63,981 nucleotides of DNA, filler included, from Bdellovibrionota bacterium (GCA_963169515.1; 5 parts of 5 records of this genome joined end to end with filler, not necessarily neighbours in it), one strand, 5' to 3'. Counted from the first letter of the whole stretch, positions 50,671-61,729 are shown. Translations and numbers: made by a program. The notes: generated from the sequence alone by a model not told the origin.

Positions 50671-52030
50671 GTGCCAAACTTTGTTAATAGCTTAATGGTT
50701 CAGTTCCGGGAGTACTACAAAAATCTAACTCCTGCAAAACGAGTGTCGCTGATGACGGCTACAGTAATCGTACTCGGCACAATTACAGTCATGGGGATCA
50801 TGATGTCTGGCAAGAGCTACGTTCCTCTTTTAAAGGATGTGGCTCCTGAACACGTATCGTTGATCATAGAAAAACTAAAACAAAAGAATATACCATTCAA
50901 ATTGGATGAATCAGGAAATGTTATCTTGGTTCCACCGGAACACGTTTATACGACACAAATGGCCCTGATGACTGAGATAGGGACTAAGGACATCGGAACA
51001 TTGGGCTTGGAATTGTTCGACAAACAAGATCTGGGTGCAACAAGTAGTGTTCAGCGAATCAATTATCAGCGGGCCCTCCAGGGTGAATTGATGCGTGCAA
51101 TTAACAGCATGGAATCGGTAAGGCGTTCAAAGGTAATTCTGGCTTTGCCTGCAAAGAAAACATTTCTTGAAGAAGGTGGAAAGCCTACGGCCTCTGTTGT
51201 TCTCGATCTTCATCCTGGAAAAGTTCTATCCCCAGAACAAATTAAAGGGATTGCAAATTTGGTTTCGGCAGCAGTTGAAAATCTAGAGCCCGAGTCAGTT
51301 GTCGTTGTTGATTCTCGTGGCAAGCCCCTTTCTAAAAATACTAAAAATTCGTCGCTGGCTATGTCGGATGACATGATCGAAATTAAACAAAAAAGGGAAC
51401 GAGGATTTGAAGAAAAAATTGAAGAAATTTTAGGAAAAGTCGTAGGGCAAGGCAAGGTCATAGCATCAGTTGATGCAACAATGGATCTGCGAAATGTTTC
51501 TTCAGTAGAAGAAAGTTACGATGCAGACGGGTCTGCTGTACGTAGCATTCAAACAGAAGAGGAAAAGTTGAACGGCAATCGAAGTAATCCGACAGGGGTT
51601 CCGGGAGCTCGAGCAAACATTCCTGGCGCCGCCGAAACGGGTTCTGTCGCGTTCAATCAAGACGTGAACAAAGAATATAAAACGACGAATTATGACATTC
51701 CTAAGACTATTAAAAATGTTAAAGAAGTCCCAGGGAAGGTTGAAAAACTAAGCATTGCAGTTCTTGTTGATGGCGATTATGCCACTACAAAAAAGGAAGA
51801 TGGAACATCTGCTCGCCAGTGGCAGGCGCGGTCAGAGGAAGATCTTCAGAAATACACAGCGCTTGTGAAAAGCGCGGTTGGATATAATGAAAAACGTGGA
51901 GATTCAATTTCTATTCAGAACATTCAATTTAAAGAGGAAGACTTTTCAGATTCCGATCAGCTTCTAAGTACTTTGGAAAAGCGTCAGATGTTATCATTCG
52001 CACTTCGCTGGAGTGTTATTGGGTTAGCTT
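50671..52030 (+). CDS. fliF: Flagellar MS-ring protein FliF (truncated by the linker)
   Basis: GLELFD, YQRALQGEL, PTASV, GVPGARAN, SAVGYNEKRGD. Confidence 0.95.
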
Positions 52031-52130
52031 NNNNNNNNNNNNNNNNNNNNNNNNNNNNNNNNNNNNNNNNNNNNTTAATTAATTAANNNNNNNNNNNNNN
52101 NNNNNNNNNNNNNNNNNNNNNNNNNNNNNN
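52031..52130. other. Artificial contig linker
   Basis: N44-TTAATTAATTAA-N44. Confidence 0.97.
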
Positions 52131-53117
52131 AGCGTCACGATGACCGTACCATGCAACAGCTGATAAAACCGCTCCCATAAAAAAGAAGGGAACAAACGGC
52201 AGACCCGGAACAACGCTCAACAAAAACATCAACCCCGCAACAACACCGGTTGCCCTCGGATTGATAAAAAGTTGAGATGTCATTTCTTTACCCATCTCTT
52301 TTCCGCTTGAATTACGGGTAACGACCGCCGCTGCGGCAGTAGAAATAATCAACGCAGGAATTTGAGACACAAGTCCGTCACCAATCGTAAGCTTTGTGTA
52401 ATATTCAGCGGCGGTGCTAAGATCAAGACCCCTCTGAAGAACCCCAATCAAAAGACCACCAACAATATTGATCGCAGTAATTACGATGCCCGCAATCGCG
52501 TCGCCACGAACAAACTTACTGGCACCATCCATTGCTCCGTAAAAATCAGCTTCCGATTCAATTTCTTTTCTGCGCTTTCGGGCTTCCTCATCATTAATCA
52601 AACCCGCATTAAGATCGGCATCGATTGACATTTGCTTCCCTGGCATCGCATCCAAGGTGAAGCGGGCGGCGACCTCAGCAACCCTGCCAGCACCTTTTGT
52701 GATCACCACAAAGTTAATAACAATCAAAATGATAAATACAATCAAACCGATAACGTAATTATCGCCCACCACAAAACTTCCGAATGCATGAATAATCGCA
52801 CCGGCAGCATCTGTACCTGTATGCCCATCACGCAATATCAAACGAGTCGAAGCGATATTAAGAGCCAATCTGAACAATGTGGATATAAGGAGCAGCGTGG
52901 GAAATACACTAAAATCGAGCGATTTCGTAATATAAATTGAAGACAGTAAAACAAGCAGGCTTAAAGTGATTGAAATTGTCAAAGATAAGTCGATCACAAT
53001 CGGAGGCAATGGGATAACCATTAGAACCATTACCGCAAGTAAGCCAACAGCCAAAGCAATGTCCGCATTTCTTGTTATAAAATCAAATTTTTTGAAAAAT
53101 CTGAATAACGCGTCCAT
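52131..53117 (-). CDS. flhA: Flagellar export protein FlhA (N-terminal part)
   Basis: RVAEVAARFTLDAMPGKQMSIDADL, FYGAMDGASKFVRGD. Confidence 0.97.
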
Positions 53118-54187
53118 TATTTTCTAACCTTCTTTTTAATTCTGTAAACATAAGCCAAAACTTCAGCTACGGCATTGTAAAGTTCCCTTGGAATAATTTG
53201 CCCGATCTTGATCGTCTTAAATATTGTCCTCGCTAATGGTTTGTTTTCAACGATAGGAATCTTATATTCACGAGCCAATTCTTTTATCTTTTCTGCAATT
53301 TGCCCAGCCCCTTTTGCCACAACTTGCGGAGCCACGAAATCAGACGAATACATCAACGCTACCGCAATGTGTGTTGGATTCGTAATGATTACATCAGCCT
53401 TTGGAACTGATTCCATCATTCGTTTGCTCGCCATGTCTCTTTGAATACGGCGAATACGCGCTTTAATTTGTGGGTCCCCCTCACGGGTTTTAAGTTCTTC
53501 TTTTAACTCTTGTTTTGTCATCATCATTTTCTTTTCAAGATCCCAACGTTGATACCCGTAATCGAGGATCGCAAGAAAGCCCATAAATACGCCGACCCAA
53601 AAAAGAATTTTTAACGAAATTTTTCCGAAATAAAAAATAAGCTCGGAAATATTCAGATTCATTAAAAATGGTGAGGCTCGAATCTCGTCTTTGACAATGA
53701 GATAGACCACAAAGCTCACCAAAGTTACTTTTAAAATTGACTTGAGCCCCTCAACAAGCGCACGCAGGCTGAAGATGCGTTGAAGCCCGGTAATAGGATT
53801 AATCTTGTTCACATCAGGATTTACAACTTCAGGGGAAATTAAGACTCCGACTTGCAAAAAACTTGAAGCCAGGCCAACCGTGCCTGTTACTAAAAGAACC
53901 GGAGCTAAAATAAAAAGCCCGCGTTCAGCACAAAACGCGATTACGCTTTTGTAATCGCCAGAACGTGCCGCCGTCACCAAATACTCCTGGTAAGTTCGAG
54001 TAAACATTTCCGTTATCTGTTGCAGGAAGAATTTTCCAAAAAACCAAAAGACAAGAGCCGAGCCAAATAAAACCATGACAGTTGCAAGCTCGCGGCTTTG
54101 CGCAACCTGTCCCTGTTTTCGGAATTCCTCGCGCCTCTGCGCCGTTGGCTCTTCCGTTTTCTCTGCATCATTGTCTGTTTCTGCCAT
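53117..54187 (-). CDS. flhB: Flagellar export protein FlhB
   Basis: EKTEEPT, EGDPQIK, NPTH autocleavage motif. Confidence 0.97.
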   Translation of the reverse strand: MAETDNDAEKTEEPTAQRREEFRKQGQVAQSRELATVMVLFGSALVFWFFGKFFLQQITEMFTRTYQEYLVTAARSGDYKSVIAFCAERGLFILAPVLLVTGTVGLASSFLQVGVLISPEVVNPDVNKINPITGLQRIFSLRALVEGLKSILKVTLVSFVVYLIVKDEIRASPFLMNLNISELIFYFGKISLKILFWVGVFMGFLAILDYGYQRWDLEKKMMMTKQELKEELKTREGDPQIKARIRRIQRDMASKRMMESVPKADVIITNPTHIAVALMYSSDFVAPQVVAKGAGQIAEKIKELAREYKIPIVENKPLARTIFKTIKIGQIIPRELYNAVAEVLAYVYRIKKKVRK

Positions 54188-54192
54188 TGAAC

Positions 54193-54963
54193 CTAAATCT
54201 CCTTAAGTACCTTAAATACCAATTCACCGACCATGTTTAGAGAATCCTTCATGTTTTCAGTCATCAAAGGAATCATCGCGATCATAATCGCAAAACCTGC
54301 CAAAATATTTATAGACCAACTTGTCACAATAACATTTACTTGCGGCACCGCTCGCCCGATAATCCCCATTCCCACGTTCAAAAAAAGTATTGTTGCCATG
54401 ATGGGCGCAGAAAGCTGTATGCCAATAATCAAAATTTGTTCTGCAAAGTAAGCAATGTCCCTGAAAATGAGTGGATTAAGGATTTGTTCTGAAATAGGAA
54501 CCAACTCAAAACTTTTTGCCAAACCCCTGATAAAAATATGGTGCCCGTTGAACGCGAGGAAAAATAGAGTTCCTAAATATAATTGAAATCGCTCAATTAC
54601 CATTGTTGAACTGCCAAACGTAGGATTGTAAACCTGAGCACTCGACAGTCCGATTGAGACTGTAATGATTTCCCCGCAAATACTTAAAATAAAGAAAAAG
54701 AATTTTGCTACAAATGCAATTATAAAACCGATGAACATTTCTTTAATTACAAACCACGTCATTAGCTCGACAACAAACTTTTGAGGTGTAGCGCCGACGA
54801 CTGGAAACAATACGAAGGCCGTAACAAGAGACAGCAAAATTTTTGTGGGGTTTGGAACTGCTGTTTGATCAAACAAGGGAAACACCATAAAGAACGCACC
54901 GATGCGTACCAGTATCAGTATAAAAGATAAAATTTCATTCTCGCTAAAGTTATATAAATCCAT
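54193..54963 (-). CDS. fliR: Flagellar export protein FliR
   Basis: Hydrophobic; NGHH, GRAVPQVN; position in the operon. Confidence 0.93.
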   Translation of the reverse strand: MDLYNFSENEILSFILILVRIGAFFMVFPLFDQTAVPNPTKILLSLVTAFVLFPVVGATPQKFVVELMTWFVIKEMFIGFIIAFVAKFFFFILSICGEIITVSIGLSSAQVYNPTFGSSTMVIERFQLYLGTLFFLAFNGHHIFIRGLAKSFELVPISEQILNPLIFRDIAYFAEQILIIGIQLSAPIMATILFLNVGMGIIGRAVPQVNVIVTSWSINILAGFAIMIAMIPLMTENMKDSLNMVGELVFKVLKEI

Positions 54964-54965
54964 TA

Positions 54966-55235
54966 CTACCTTATGTAATCCACAATATTTTCTAGCAACC
55001 CAATCGTAAACTGGCTCATAACGTCCATCATCCAGGTCCCAGCAATTAAAATCACAACAGCAACCACAACGATTTTGGGAATAAATGTGAGCGTTGCTTC
55101 ATTAATTTGGGTGATCGCTTGCAAGAAGCTCACGATTAAGCCGATCACAAGGGCTGAAATTAACATCGGGCCAGCAAGCAATGCTGTAGTTTTCAAAGTT
55201 TCTTGTCCCAAATGAATAATTAAATCTTCACCCAT
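54966..55235 (-). CDS. fliQ: Flagellar export protein FliQ
   Basis: QAITQINEATLTFIPK. Confidence 0.96.
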   Translation of the reverse strand: MGEDLIIHLGQETLKTTALLAGPMLISALVIGLIVSFLQAITQINEATLTFIPKIVVVAVVILIAGTWMMDVMSQFTIGLLENIVDYIR

Positions 55236-55242
55236 CTCACAC

Positions 55243-55992
55243 TCACCCGAAACTTTTCACCAGGGATCCCACGATCAGTCCCCATCCATCGACCAATACA
55301 AACAACATAATTTTAAATGGCATTGAAACAACGACAGGCGGTAACATCATCATACCCATCGCCATAAGAACACTTGCCACAACCATATCGATCACCAAAA
55401 ACGGAAGAAAGATAATAAATCCAATTTGAAATGCCGTTTTTAATTCAGAAATTACAAACGCAGGAATTAAGACTAACGACGGCACTTCAGATCGTACTTT
55501 TGGCTTTTCCATGCGTGACAATTGGACAAACAACGACAGATCTTCGTCTCGCGTCTGATGGAACATGAATTTTCTCAACGGTGCCATTGCTTCGTCAAAG
55601 GCCTGCGCTTGGGTCATCTTATTTGCTAAAAAGGGCTGAAGCGCCTTTTGGTTGATATCATTGAGCGCCGGGCTCATGATAAAAACTGTTAGAAATAGTG
55701 CTAAACCAACCAATAACTGGTTCGGGGGCATTTGCTGTGTTCCCAGAGCGTTTCTTAAAAATGAAAATACGACGATCAGTCGCGTGAAACTGGTCATCAT
55801 AATAATGATCGCCGGCGCCAAGGTCAGGACTGTCAATATTAAAACAACTTTAATCGTATTTACGACATCGTCTGGACGATCTGCGGTTTTGAAGCCTAAT
55901 TGAAATGTAGGAAGAGTTACCCCTTGGGCAAGCGCCTGGAATCCTAAAAATATAATTACAATACCAGCCAGCCACCCTATTTTTTTCATCAA
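55243..55992 (-). CDS. fliP: Flagellar export protein FliP
   Basis: TSFTR, PPNQ, PAFVISEL, MGMMMLPP, FVLVDGW. Confidence 0.97.
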   Translation of the reverse strand: MMKKIGWLAGIVIIFLGFQALAQGVTLPTFQLGFKTADRPDDVVNTIKVVLILTVLTLAPAIIIMMTSFTRLIVVFSFLRNALGTQQMPPNQLLVGLALFLTVFIMSPALNDINQKALQPFLANKMTQAQAFDEAMAPLRKFMFHQTRDEDLSLFVQLSRMEKPKVRSEVPSLVLIPAFVISELKTAFQIGFIIFLPFLVIDMVVASVLMAMGMMMLPPVVVSMPFKIMLFVLVDGWGLIVGSLVKSFG

Positions 55993-56663
55993 ATTTCTTT
56001 CATCCCTTTTAATTTATCACTTACAAAGTCTTTAATTTTTGAGACTGAAAATTCATCTTCAATATCATCTGTTTGTTTTGCTTGTGCCTTTTCTAATGAT
56101 TTAGAGAACTGGACAGGGGCTTCCGCGGGAATATCTTCATCCAACAGCGCCAAAGATTTAATCATTGTAATGTTCTGATCTGTTACGCCGATTAATATCG
56201 ACTCTCCGGCAACACGAACGATTGCTAACGACTTTCGAGGACCGAGAAAGTGCTGAGTCAGGACTTTGATTCGAGTATTTTTGTTTGAATCTCGGTCCCG
56301 CTTTGCCCATTTTTTATAAAAGAACCAGGTACCCAACATCATTGCAAGCAGAATTCCCAGACTGGCAACGACACGAGAAATCGGAGCATCCCGTTTTAAT
56401 TTTTTGATTGAATCTGTACTGGTCAAAACAGGCATTTCTTCTTCTTTCAAATTGGACTCTGCTTTTTGCACGATGGGTGCATTTTCTTTAGACTGTTCTG
56501 CCTTATCTAGCCACTCGGCAGCTTGTTTTAAATCATCATCCTGAATTTGTGCCACCGCCGCTTCATTCAAGTTTCTAGGGAGAGTTTCTGCTATACCCTT
56601 ATTATCGGCTGTTTGGGGGGATCCCGCTGCAACTAAAGAATATAAAAATAACTCTGCTAACAT
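55989..56663 (-). CDS. fliO: Flagellar protein FliO/FliZ
   Basis: TM helix then IKVL...LGPRKSLAIVRV..E.ILIGVT; lies between fliN and fliP. Confidence 0.85.
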   Translation of the reverse strand: MLAELFLYSLVAAGSPQTADNKGIAETLPRNLNEAAVAQIQDDDLKQAAEWLDKAEQSKENAPIVQKAESNLKEEEMPVLTSTDSIKKLKRDAPISRVVASLGILLAMMLGTWFFYKKWAKRDRDSNKNTRIKVLTQHFLGPRKSLAIVRVAGESILIGVTDQNITMIKSLALLDEDIPAEAPVQFSKSLEKAQAKQTDDIEDEFSVSKIKDFVSDKLKGMKEI

Positions 56664-56722
56664 ACATTCATCCTCTGTCGCATGTAGCGACTATTAAAAA
56701 CTTGATCTTGGCTGCTAAACTT

Positions 56723-57082
56723 TTACTTTAACTGCTCAACGCGCTCTTGCTGTGAAATGATATCCGTTAGACGGACGCCAAATTTTTCATTCACTACGAC
56801 GGCTTCACCGCGTGCAACCAACTTATCATTTACTAAAATTTCCATTGGTTCGCCCGCAAGCTTATTGAGCTCAATCACGCTGCCTTGACCTAAATTCAAA
56901 AGCTCAGACACCAACATTTTAGTGCGACCGAGTTCCACGGTGACTTTCAATGGGATATCAAGTATCAGGTCCAGGTTGCGATCGCCCTCTCTGGATTCAT
57001 TGCTGGCTCCAGGTGGCTGGCTTGGCGGCGGTGGCGCTCCAGCCCCTGCACTTTCCATTTTTACTACATTCTCGTCAGCCAT
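56723..57082 (-). CDS. fliN: Flagellar motor switch protein FliN
   Basis: DIPLKVTVELGRT, GEAVVVNEKFGVR. Confidence 0.96.
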   Translation of the reverse strand: MADENVVKMESAGAGAPPPPSQPPGASNESREGDRNLDLILDIPLKVTVELGRTKMLVSELLNLGQGSVIELNKLAGEPMEILVNDKLVARGEAVVVNEKFGVRLTDIISQQERVEQLK

Positions 57083-57122
57083 AAAAGTTTTCCCCCATCT
57101 CGCCCACAGGCGAGCATTTATT

Positions 57123-58109
57123 TTATCGTTTTGTAACCTTAGAAGCGACCTTTACGGCCTTGTTACCGTGGCTCACTCCGTAATAAGATTTATACTTTTT
57201 AACACCTTCAATTTGAACGTCGAATTGTCCGTTTACGTCCTGACTTAACGGGATAATATCTCCTACCTTGAGCTTCATAAGGTCTTCAGCGCTGATCACT
57301 GTCTCGCCCAAATTCACGAGAACCTCGACGTCTGTATCCATGAGCTGCTCCTTAATCGCAGACGTCCAAAGTTTTTTATCTGTTTGATCGGATTCGACTT
57401 GAAATCCAGAGGATAATTTCTGTTTTATCGGCTCAATCGTCGCGTATGGAATCACCAGCGTGATCGTTCCATTTGCGTTTTCTAATTCGACGTCAAATGT
57501 TGAAGCAATAACGACATCGGTGGGCGGTACTATACCCACGAACTGTGGGTTAACCTCGGTACGGACAAAATGGCATCCGATTTTATATACGGATGACCAC
57601 GCATTTTCTAGATCCGTAATTGCCAACTCCACTACTTTTCGAATTATTGCAAGTTCGATAGCCGTGAACTCTTTTCCGTCTGCTTTATTATATGGGCGGT
57701 CTGTGCCTCCGAAAAAACTGTCTACAAGTGAATACGCCAGTTTGCTTTCGATCACAAATAGCGCTGATCCACGAAGCTCGTTGAACCGTAGAACACTCAT
57801 CGAAGTCGGAAGTGGTAATGTATTGATAAACTCGCCAAATTTTAGGAAATCTGTACTTGCGTGATTGAGCGTTGCAATTTTTCGAAGCGCACTCGACAGA
57901 GACACCCGAAATGCACGCATAAACTTTTCATATATCACGTCAAGCTGAGGAAGACGGCCCCGAATAATTCTATCTTGGCTCGTAAGGTCGTATACTACGA
58001 CGCCTTTATCAGAAACATTACTGGTGCTTTCGCCTTCAGCGCCAACTTCACCCTCTGAAACCGCCGCCAACAGAGCATCAACTTCACTTTGTGATAAGAC
58101 CTGATTCAT
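57123..58109 (-). CDS. fliM: Flagellar motor switch protein FliM
   Basis: LSQSEVDALL CheY-binding peptide; ETVI..L.VGDII SpoA domain. Confidence 0.96.
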   Translation of the reverse strand: MNQVLSQSEVDALLAAVSEGEVGAEGESTSNVSDKGVVVYDLTSQDRIIRGRLPQLDVIYEKFMRAFRVSLSSALRKIATLNHASTDFLKFGEFINTLPLPTSMSVLRFNELRGSALFVIESKLAYSLVDSFFGGTDRPYNKADGKEFTAIELAIIRKVVELAITDLENAWSSVYKIGCHFVRTEVNPQFVGIVPPTDVVIASTFDVELENANGTITLVIPYATIEPIKQKLSSGFQVESDQTDKKLWTSAIKEQLMDTDVEVLVNLGETVISAEDLMKLKVGDIIPLSQDVNGQFDVQIEGVKKYKSYYGVSHGNKAVKVASKVTKR

Positions 58110-58118
58110 GCCACCTAC

Positions 58119-58652
58119 CTAGTTGAACAAGAATTCCGTAAAATAAACTTTGTTAATCTTTCCCTTGGTCAAAAACGAATTCACCCTGTCACGGATTTCG
58201 TCGCGCAGAAAATCTTTTCCTTCACGCGAAGAAACTTGCTCAAGGCTTTTACTGGATAACAAGATAATGACAATGTCCCTAATTTGCGGCTTACGACGAT
58301 CGATTTCGCCCATGACGTCGGCATTTGAAACCTCAAGGTCCATTGTGATTTTTGCAAGCTTTCCGCCCTTGCTGCCAGCAAGATTCACCAGAAATGTTTC
58401 CATAGGGACTACTTTCCCTATGAATTCATCTTCTTTTGCCTGATCTGCTGCTTGTGCATCTTTTTCACCTGCAATCACTTGATCGATCGTCGGCTTGCCA
58501 TCTTCTTTTTTCTTACCCATATAGAGTAAAATCCCTACTGCTAAAACAACGACTATATTAAAGGCGCTGAGTAAGATGAAAAGTATAGGCTTTGGAGCAA
58601 TTGGTGTTTCCGCTGGTGCTTGACTGACGTCTTGCGCTTTTTGTTCAGCCAC
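58119..58652 (-). CDS. fliL: Flagellar basal body protein FliL
   Basis: TM helix, FLVNL, PQIRD, VYFTEF. Start corrected to GTG 58652 (AAGGAG RBS). Confidence 0.92.
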   Translation of the reverse strand: MAEQKAQDVSQAPAETPIAPKPILFILLSAFNIVVVLAVGILLYMGKKKEDGKPTIDQVIAGEKDAQAADQAKEDEFIGKVVPMETFLVNLAGSKGGKLAKITMDLEVSNADVMGEIDRRKPQIRDIVIILLSSKSLEQVSSREGKDFLRDEIRDRVNSFLTKGKINKVYFTEFLFN

Positions 58653-58704
58653 GGACCGTCTCCTTTGTTCGTTTGAAAGTTGGTTTTCCGTCACCCCAAA
58701 TAAA

Positions 58705-58720
58705 AGCAAGGGTAATGCCA
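58705..58720 (-). promoter_or_regulatory. Sigma54 promoter of the fliL-flhA operon
   Basis: Minus strand TGGCAT-TACCC-TTGCT, near consensus. Confidence 0.82.
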
Positions 58721-58824
58721 ATAAGACAGTGGGCTAGAAATTGGCCACAGGTTGGTCTGTATTCGATTCTAGAAATTATAAAGGTGATCAGAAGAGCATT
58801 TTCAACGTCAGTTTAGTTTGGTCG

Positions 58825-58838
58825 GTCAGTTTTTTGAC
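58825..58838. promoter_or_regulatory. Candidate upstream activator site GTCA-N6-TGAC
   Basis: GTCAGTTTTTTGAC about 105 nt upstream of the -24 element; resembles FleQ-type boxes. Confidence 0.5.
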
Positions 58839-58869
58839 TGTAAGACTTTTGTTCGGCAAGGCCTTGGTC

Positions 58870-59652
58870 CTAGGGGCGCCTCACAAGTTTTAGAATGTTT
58901 TCGTGAGCGACATTGTTACCTGCAACGATACAATTGTCTTCGAGCTTGTACGGTTCGCCCTTATCATTTGTTATGATTCCCCCCGCCTCTTCGATCAAAA
59001 GAACGCCGGCGGCAGTATCCCACGGATTCAATCCATATTCCCAAAATCCATCAAGAGAGCCCTCAGCAACAAAACACAGTTCGAGCGCGGCGCTCCCACA
59101 GCGGCGAACCCCCCGAACCATCTCTATACTCTTTTTAAAGACATGGGCCTGATGATCCAGATCAACTTTTGGGGAAACAAAAAAACCCGTTCCAAGCAAA
59201 GTGTCACGGAATTGATCTACTTTTCGAACTTCCAAACGTCGGTCACCAAGGAAAGCTCCTTGCCCGCGAACGGCCCAGTATGTGCGGTTCAGCAGCGGCA
59301 CTTCGATTACGCCGACTTGAATTTTATTATCGTACTTTAAACCGATGCTCGTGCAGTAATAAGGATATTGGTGAATATAATTTGTGGTCCCATCCAATGG
59401 ATCGATTACCCACATATTTGAAGACTCAGATATTTTATTAAATCCGCCCTCTTCGCCCAATACGTTGATATCGGGGAATTCATTTCTTAATATTTTGACA
59501 ATTACCTTTTCGCTCTCCTTATCAGCTTCGCTAACCAAGCCCGCGTGTTGCTTTTCATCTATTTGAGTCAGGTTACCATAGTACTTCTCAAGCACTTTTC
59601 GCGCTTCTTTTGCCGCAAGTTTCGCTGTCTTAAGGGCTTTGCTAAGATCCAT
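58870..59652 (-). CDS. suhB: Inositol monophosphatase family protein
   Basis: GEE, WVIDPLDGTTN, RRCGSAAL, PWDTAAG. Confidence 0.9.
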   Translation of the reverse strand: MDLSKALKTAKLAAKEARKVLEKYYGNLTQIDEKQHAGLVSEADKESEKVIVKILRNEFPDINVLGEEGGFNKISESSNMWVIDPLDGTTNYIHQYPYYCTSIGLKYDNKIQVGVIEVPLLNRTYWAVRGQGAFLGDRRLEVRKVDQFRDTLLGTGFFVSPKVDLDHQAHVFKKSIEMVRGVRRCGSAALELCFVAEGSLDGFWEYGLNPWDTAAGVLLIEEAGGIITNDKGEPYKLEDNCIVAGNNVAHENILKLVRRP

Positions 59653-59762
59653 ACCGGGCCATATCACCCGGCCTTAGGGCTGGTTGTCAAGCCTTTGACA
59701 AAGACTAGATTCACCGGAACAATTAAGGTAATGGTCATACCTTCTGAAGGAGAATATTTTTC

Positions 59763-60512
59763 ATGGAATTGAATCAATTCGGTGGCTCTAGGACGGATAC
59801 TCTAATTAAATTTATTTTAGTGTTTTTTATATCTTTATTATCTTTCTCCGTAGGCACCTTTGTTGGAAAACAATTTAGCGACAGCCAACATCGGCTTGCC
59901 CAACTGAATACAGATTACGAGAAATCTGAATCCAATCTTCGTGAAACCGCAAGTATTCCAGATGGCCAAATGACTGTTGAACCCGAAAAGGCTTTAACAG
60001 ACGAAGATGTTGCAAAGCTAGCAGAAGATTTTGTGGCTGATGAAGGTGCGGATAAAGTAGGCGAAGTGAAGGTAGATCATTTCGATATAAAAGAAGTAAA
60101 TGTAGCCGAACCAAACCGCGATGTCGCATCAAAAGAAGATGCAAAAAAGGGAACCACTGTTGAAACTGCTGCGGATAAAGTTTCAAAGGGACAAGCCCCT
60201 TTGGCTCCACAAGTTCCTGAGATCAAGAAACGAAAAATAGAGCTTCCAAATACTGTCGCCGCAACGACTGTTGGAAAGTTTACCGTTCAAATTTCTTCAC
60301 AGCCGACAGAGCAACAGGCTAAAGAACAATCGTTAAAGCTAAAAGATGAGGGCTACAGCGCGTTTTACGTAGAAGGCGCGATCAGTGGTAAAAAATGGTA
60401 TCGTGTCAACATCGGTATGTTTTCAAATAAAAAAGACGCCACAGACTATGCTGCCAAACTTGCTGAGAAATCCGAATTTAAAGGCGCCTTCGTAAAAGAA
60501 ATCGTCCAATAA
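59763..60512 (+). CDS. SPOR-domain membrane protein
   Basis: N-terminal TM helix; C-terminal FTVQISS...WYRVNIGMF. Confidence 0.88.
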   Translation: MELNQFGGSRTDTLIKFILVFFISLLSFSVGTFVGKQFSDSQHRLAQLNTDYEKSESNLRETASIPDGQMTVEPEKALTDEDVAKLAEDFVADEGADKVGEVKVDHFDIKEVNVAEPNRDVASKEDAKKGTTVETAADKVSKGQAPLAPQVPEIKKRKIELPNTVAATTVGKFTVQISSQPTEQQAKEQSLKLKDEGYSAFYVEGAISGKKWYRVNIGMFSNKKDATDYAAKLAEKSEFKGAFVKEIVQ

Positions 60513-60517
60513 AATAG

Positions 60518-60557
60518 GGTGTCAGGCACCAAGCGTCCGGTAACCGGACGCTTGGTG
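60518..60557. repeat. Palindromic REP-like element or terminator at a contig end
   Basis: GGTGTCAGGCACC overlapping the perfect 14-bp inverted repeat CACCAAGCGTCCGG-taa-CCGGACGCTTGGTG. Confidence 0.6.
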
Positions 60558-60657
60558 NNNNNNNNNNNNNNNNNNNNNNNNNNNNNNNNNNNNNNNNNNN
60601 NTTAATTAATTAANNNNNNNNNNNNNNNNNNNNNNNNNNNNNNNNNNNNNNNNNNNN
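60558..60657. other. Artificial contig linker
   Basis: N44-TTAATTAATTAA-N44. Confidence 0.97.
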
Positions 60658-60752
60658 TCGACTGCTTTTACTTGGCCAATAGTTTTGAGCAGCAACCCCT
60701 TTTTAATCGGGAAGTGCTTTGTAAGATTTCTAACCTCAAGAAGCTTTTCCAT
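60658..60752 (-). CDS. oppF: Oligopeptide ABC ATPase OppF/DppF, N-terminal fragment
   Basis: MEKLLEVRNLTKHFPIKKG...VKAV directly downstream of oppD. Confidence 0.8.
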
Positions 60753-60754
60753 TT

Positions 60755-61729
60755 CTAATCTTCCATATTGTAGCAAGCAACCTTGTGCCCGCAAGCCAAA
60801 TCAACCAGTGGGGGACGCTGAATTGCACATTCGGAAACTGCATTTTTACAACGATTTCTAAATGGGCAACCGGTTGGCTTGTTCAGTAGGCTTGGCACTT
60901 GTCCTTCGATCGTTGGTAGCTTTTGGTGAGTACTGCCTAGTTTGGGAATCGAGCGAATCAGCGCTTTGGTGTACGGATGGCGTGGGTGATTAAAAACTTC
61001 TTTCGCGGAACCAATTTCACAAACTTGCCCTGCATACATCACCATAATATCATCTGCCATTTGGGAAATCACACCCAGATCGTGGGTAATAAATTGTACT
61101 GCCATCCCCATTTGTTCTTGTAAGTTTTGAATTAGTTCTAAAATTTGAGCTTGGATGGTAACGTCAAGGGCCGTAGTTGGTTCATCTGCAATTAAAAACT
61201 CTGGGTCGCACGATAGAGCCATTGCAATCATCGCGCGCTGTCTCATGCCGCCGGAAAGTTGGTGAGGATACGCGGCATACCGTTGCGCTGGTGACGGAAT
61301 CCCTACTCGATTGAGCATTTCAATCGATTTTTCCTTGGCCTCCGCTTTGGACACTTTCAAATGTCGAATGATTTGTTCATCAATTTGGTGGCCAATTGTT
61401 AATACTGGATTTAATGCAGTCATTGGTTCTTGAAAAATCATTGCTATTTTTCTGCCACGAATTTGTTGTAATTCACTTTCAGATAATTTAAGAAGGTCGG
61501 TACCTTGAAACTGTGCTACACCTTGAGAAACTCGGCCCGGCGGATCGATCAGACCCATCAATGAAAGTGACGTTACAGATTTACCACAACCACTTTCGCC
61601 GACGATCCCCAATGTTTTTGATTTTTTAATTGAATAAGAAATGTCATCAACAGCATGAATTGGGCCCAACTTTGTTTCAAAAGTTGTTCTTAAGTTCTTA
61701 ATAGAAATAAGATCTTCCAAAGCCCTCAT
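60755..61729 (-). CDS. oppD: Oligopeptide ABC ATPase OppD/DppD
   Basis: [50 protein letters not shown]. Confidence 0.93.
   Translation of the reverse strand: MRALEDLISIKNLRTTFETKLGPIHAVDDISYSIKKSKTLGIVGESGCGKSVTSLSLMGLIDPPGRVSQGVAQFQGTDLLKLSESELQQIRGRKIAMIFQEPMTALNPVLTIGHQIDEQIIRHLKVSKAEAKEKSIEMLNRVGIPSPAQRYAAYPHQLSGGMRQRAMIAMALSCDPEFLIADEPTTALDVTIQAQILELIQNLQEQMGMAVQFITHDLGVISQMADDIMVMYAGQVCEIGSAKEVFNHPRHPYTKALIRSIPKLGSTHQKLPTIEGQVPSLLNKPTGCPFRNRCKNAVSECAIQRPPLVDLACGHKVACYNMED

Noticed and set aside
50671..53117. fliF and flhA convergent and truncated, as a rearranged or pseudogenised flagellar locus
   Set aside because: Both are cut by the linker; the adjacency comes from contig concatenation.
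12278..60657. Four identical TTAATTAATTAA palindromes flanked by Ns as a biological repeat
   Set aside because: Identical 100-nt artificial linkers with six-frame stops; ORF ends reading XXX-LIN are artefacts.
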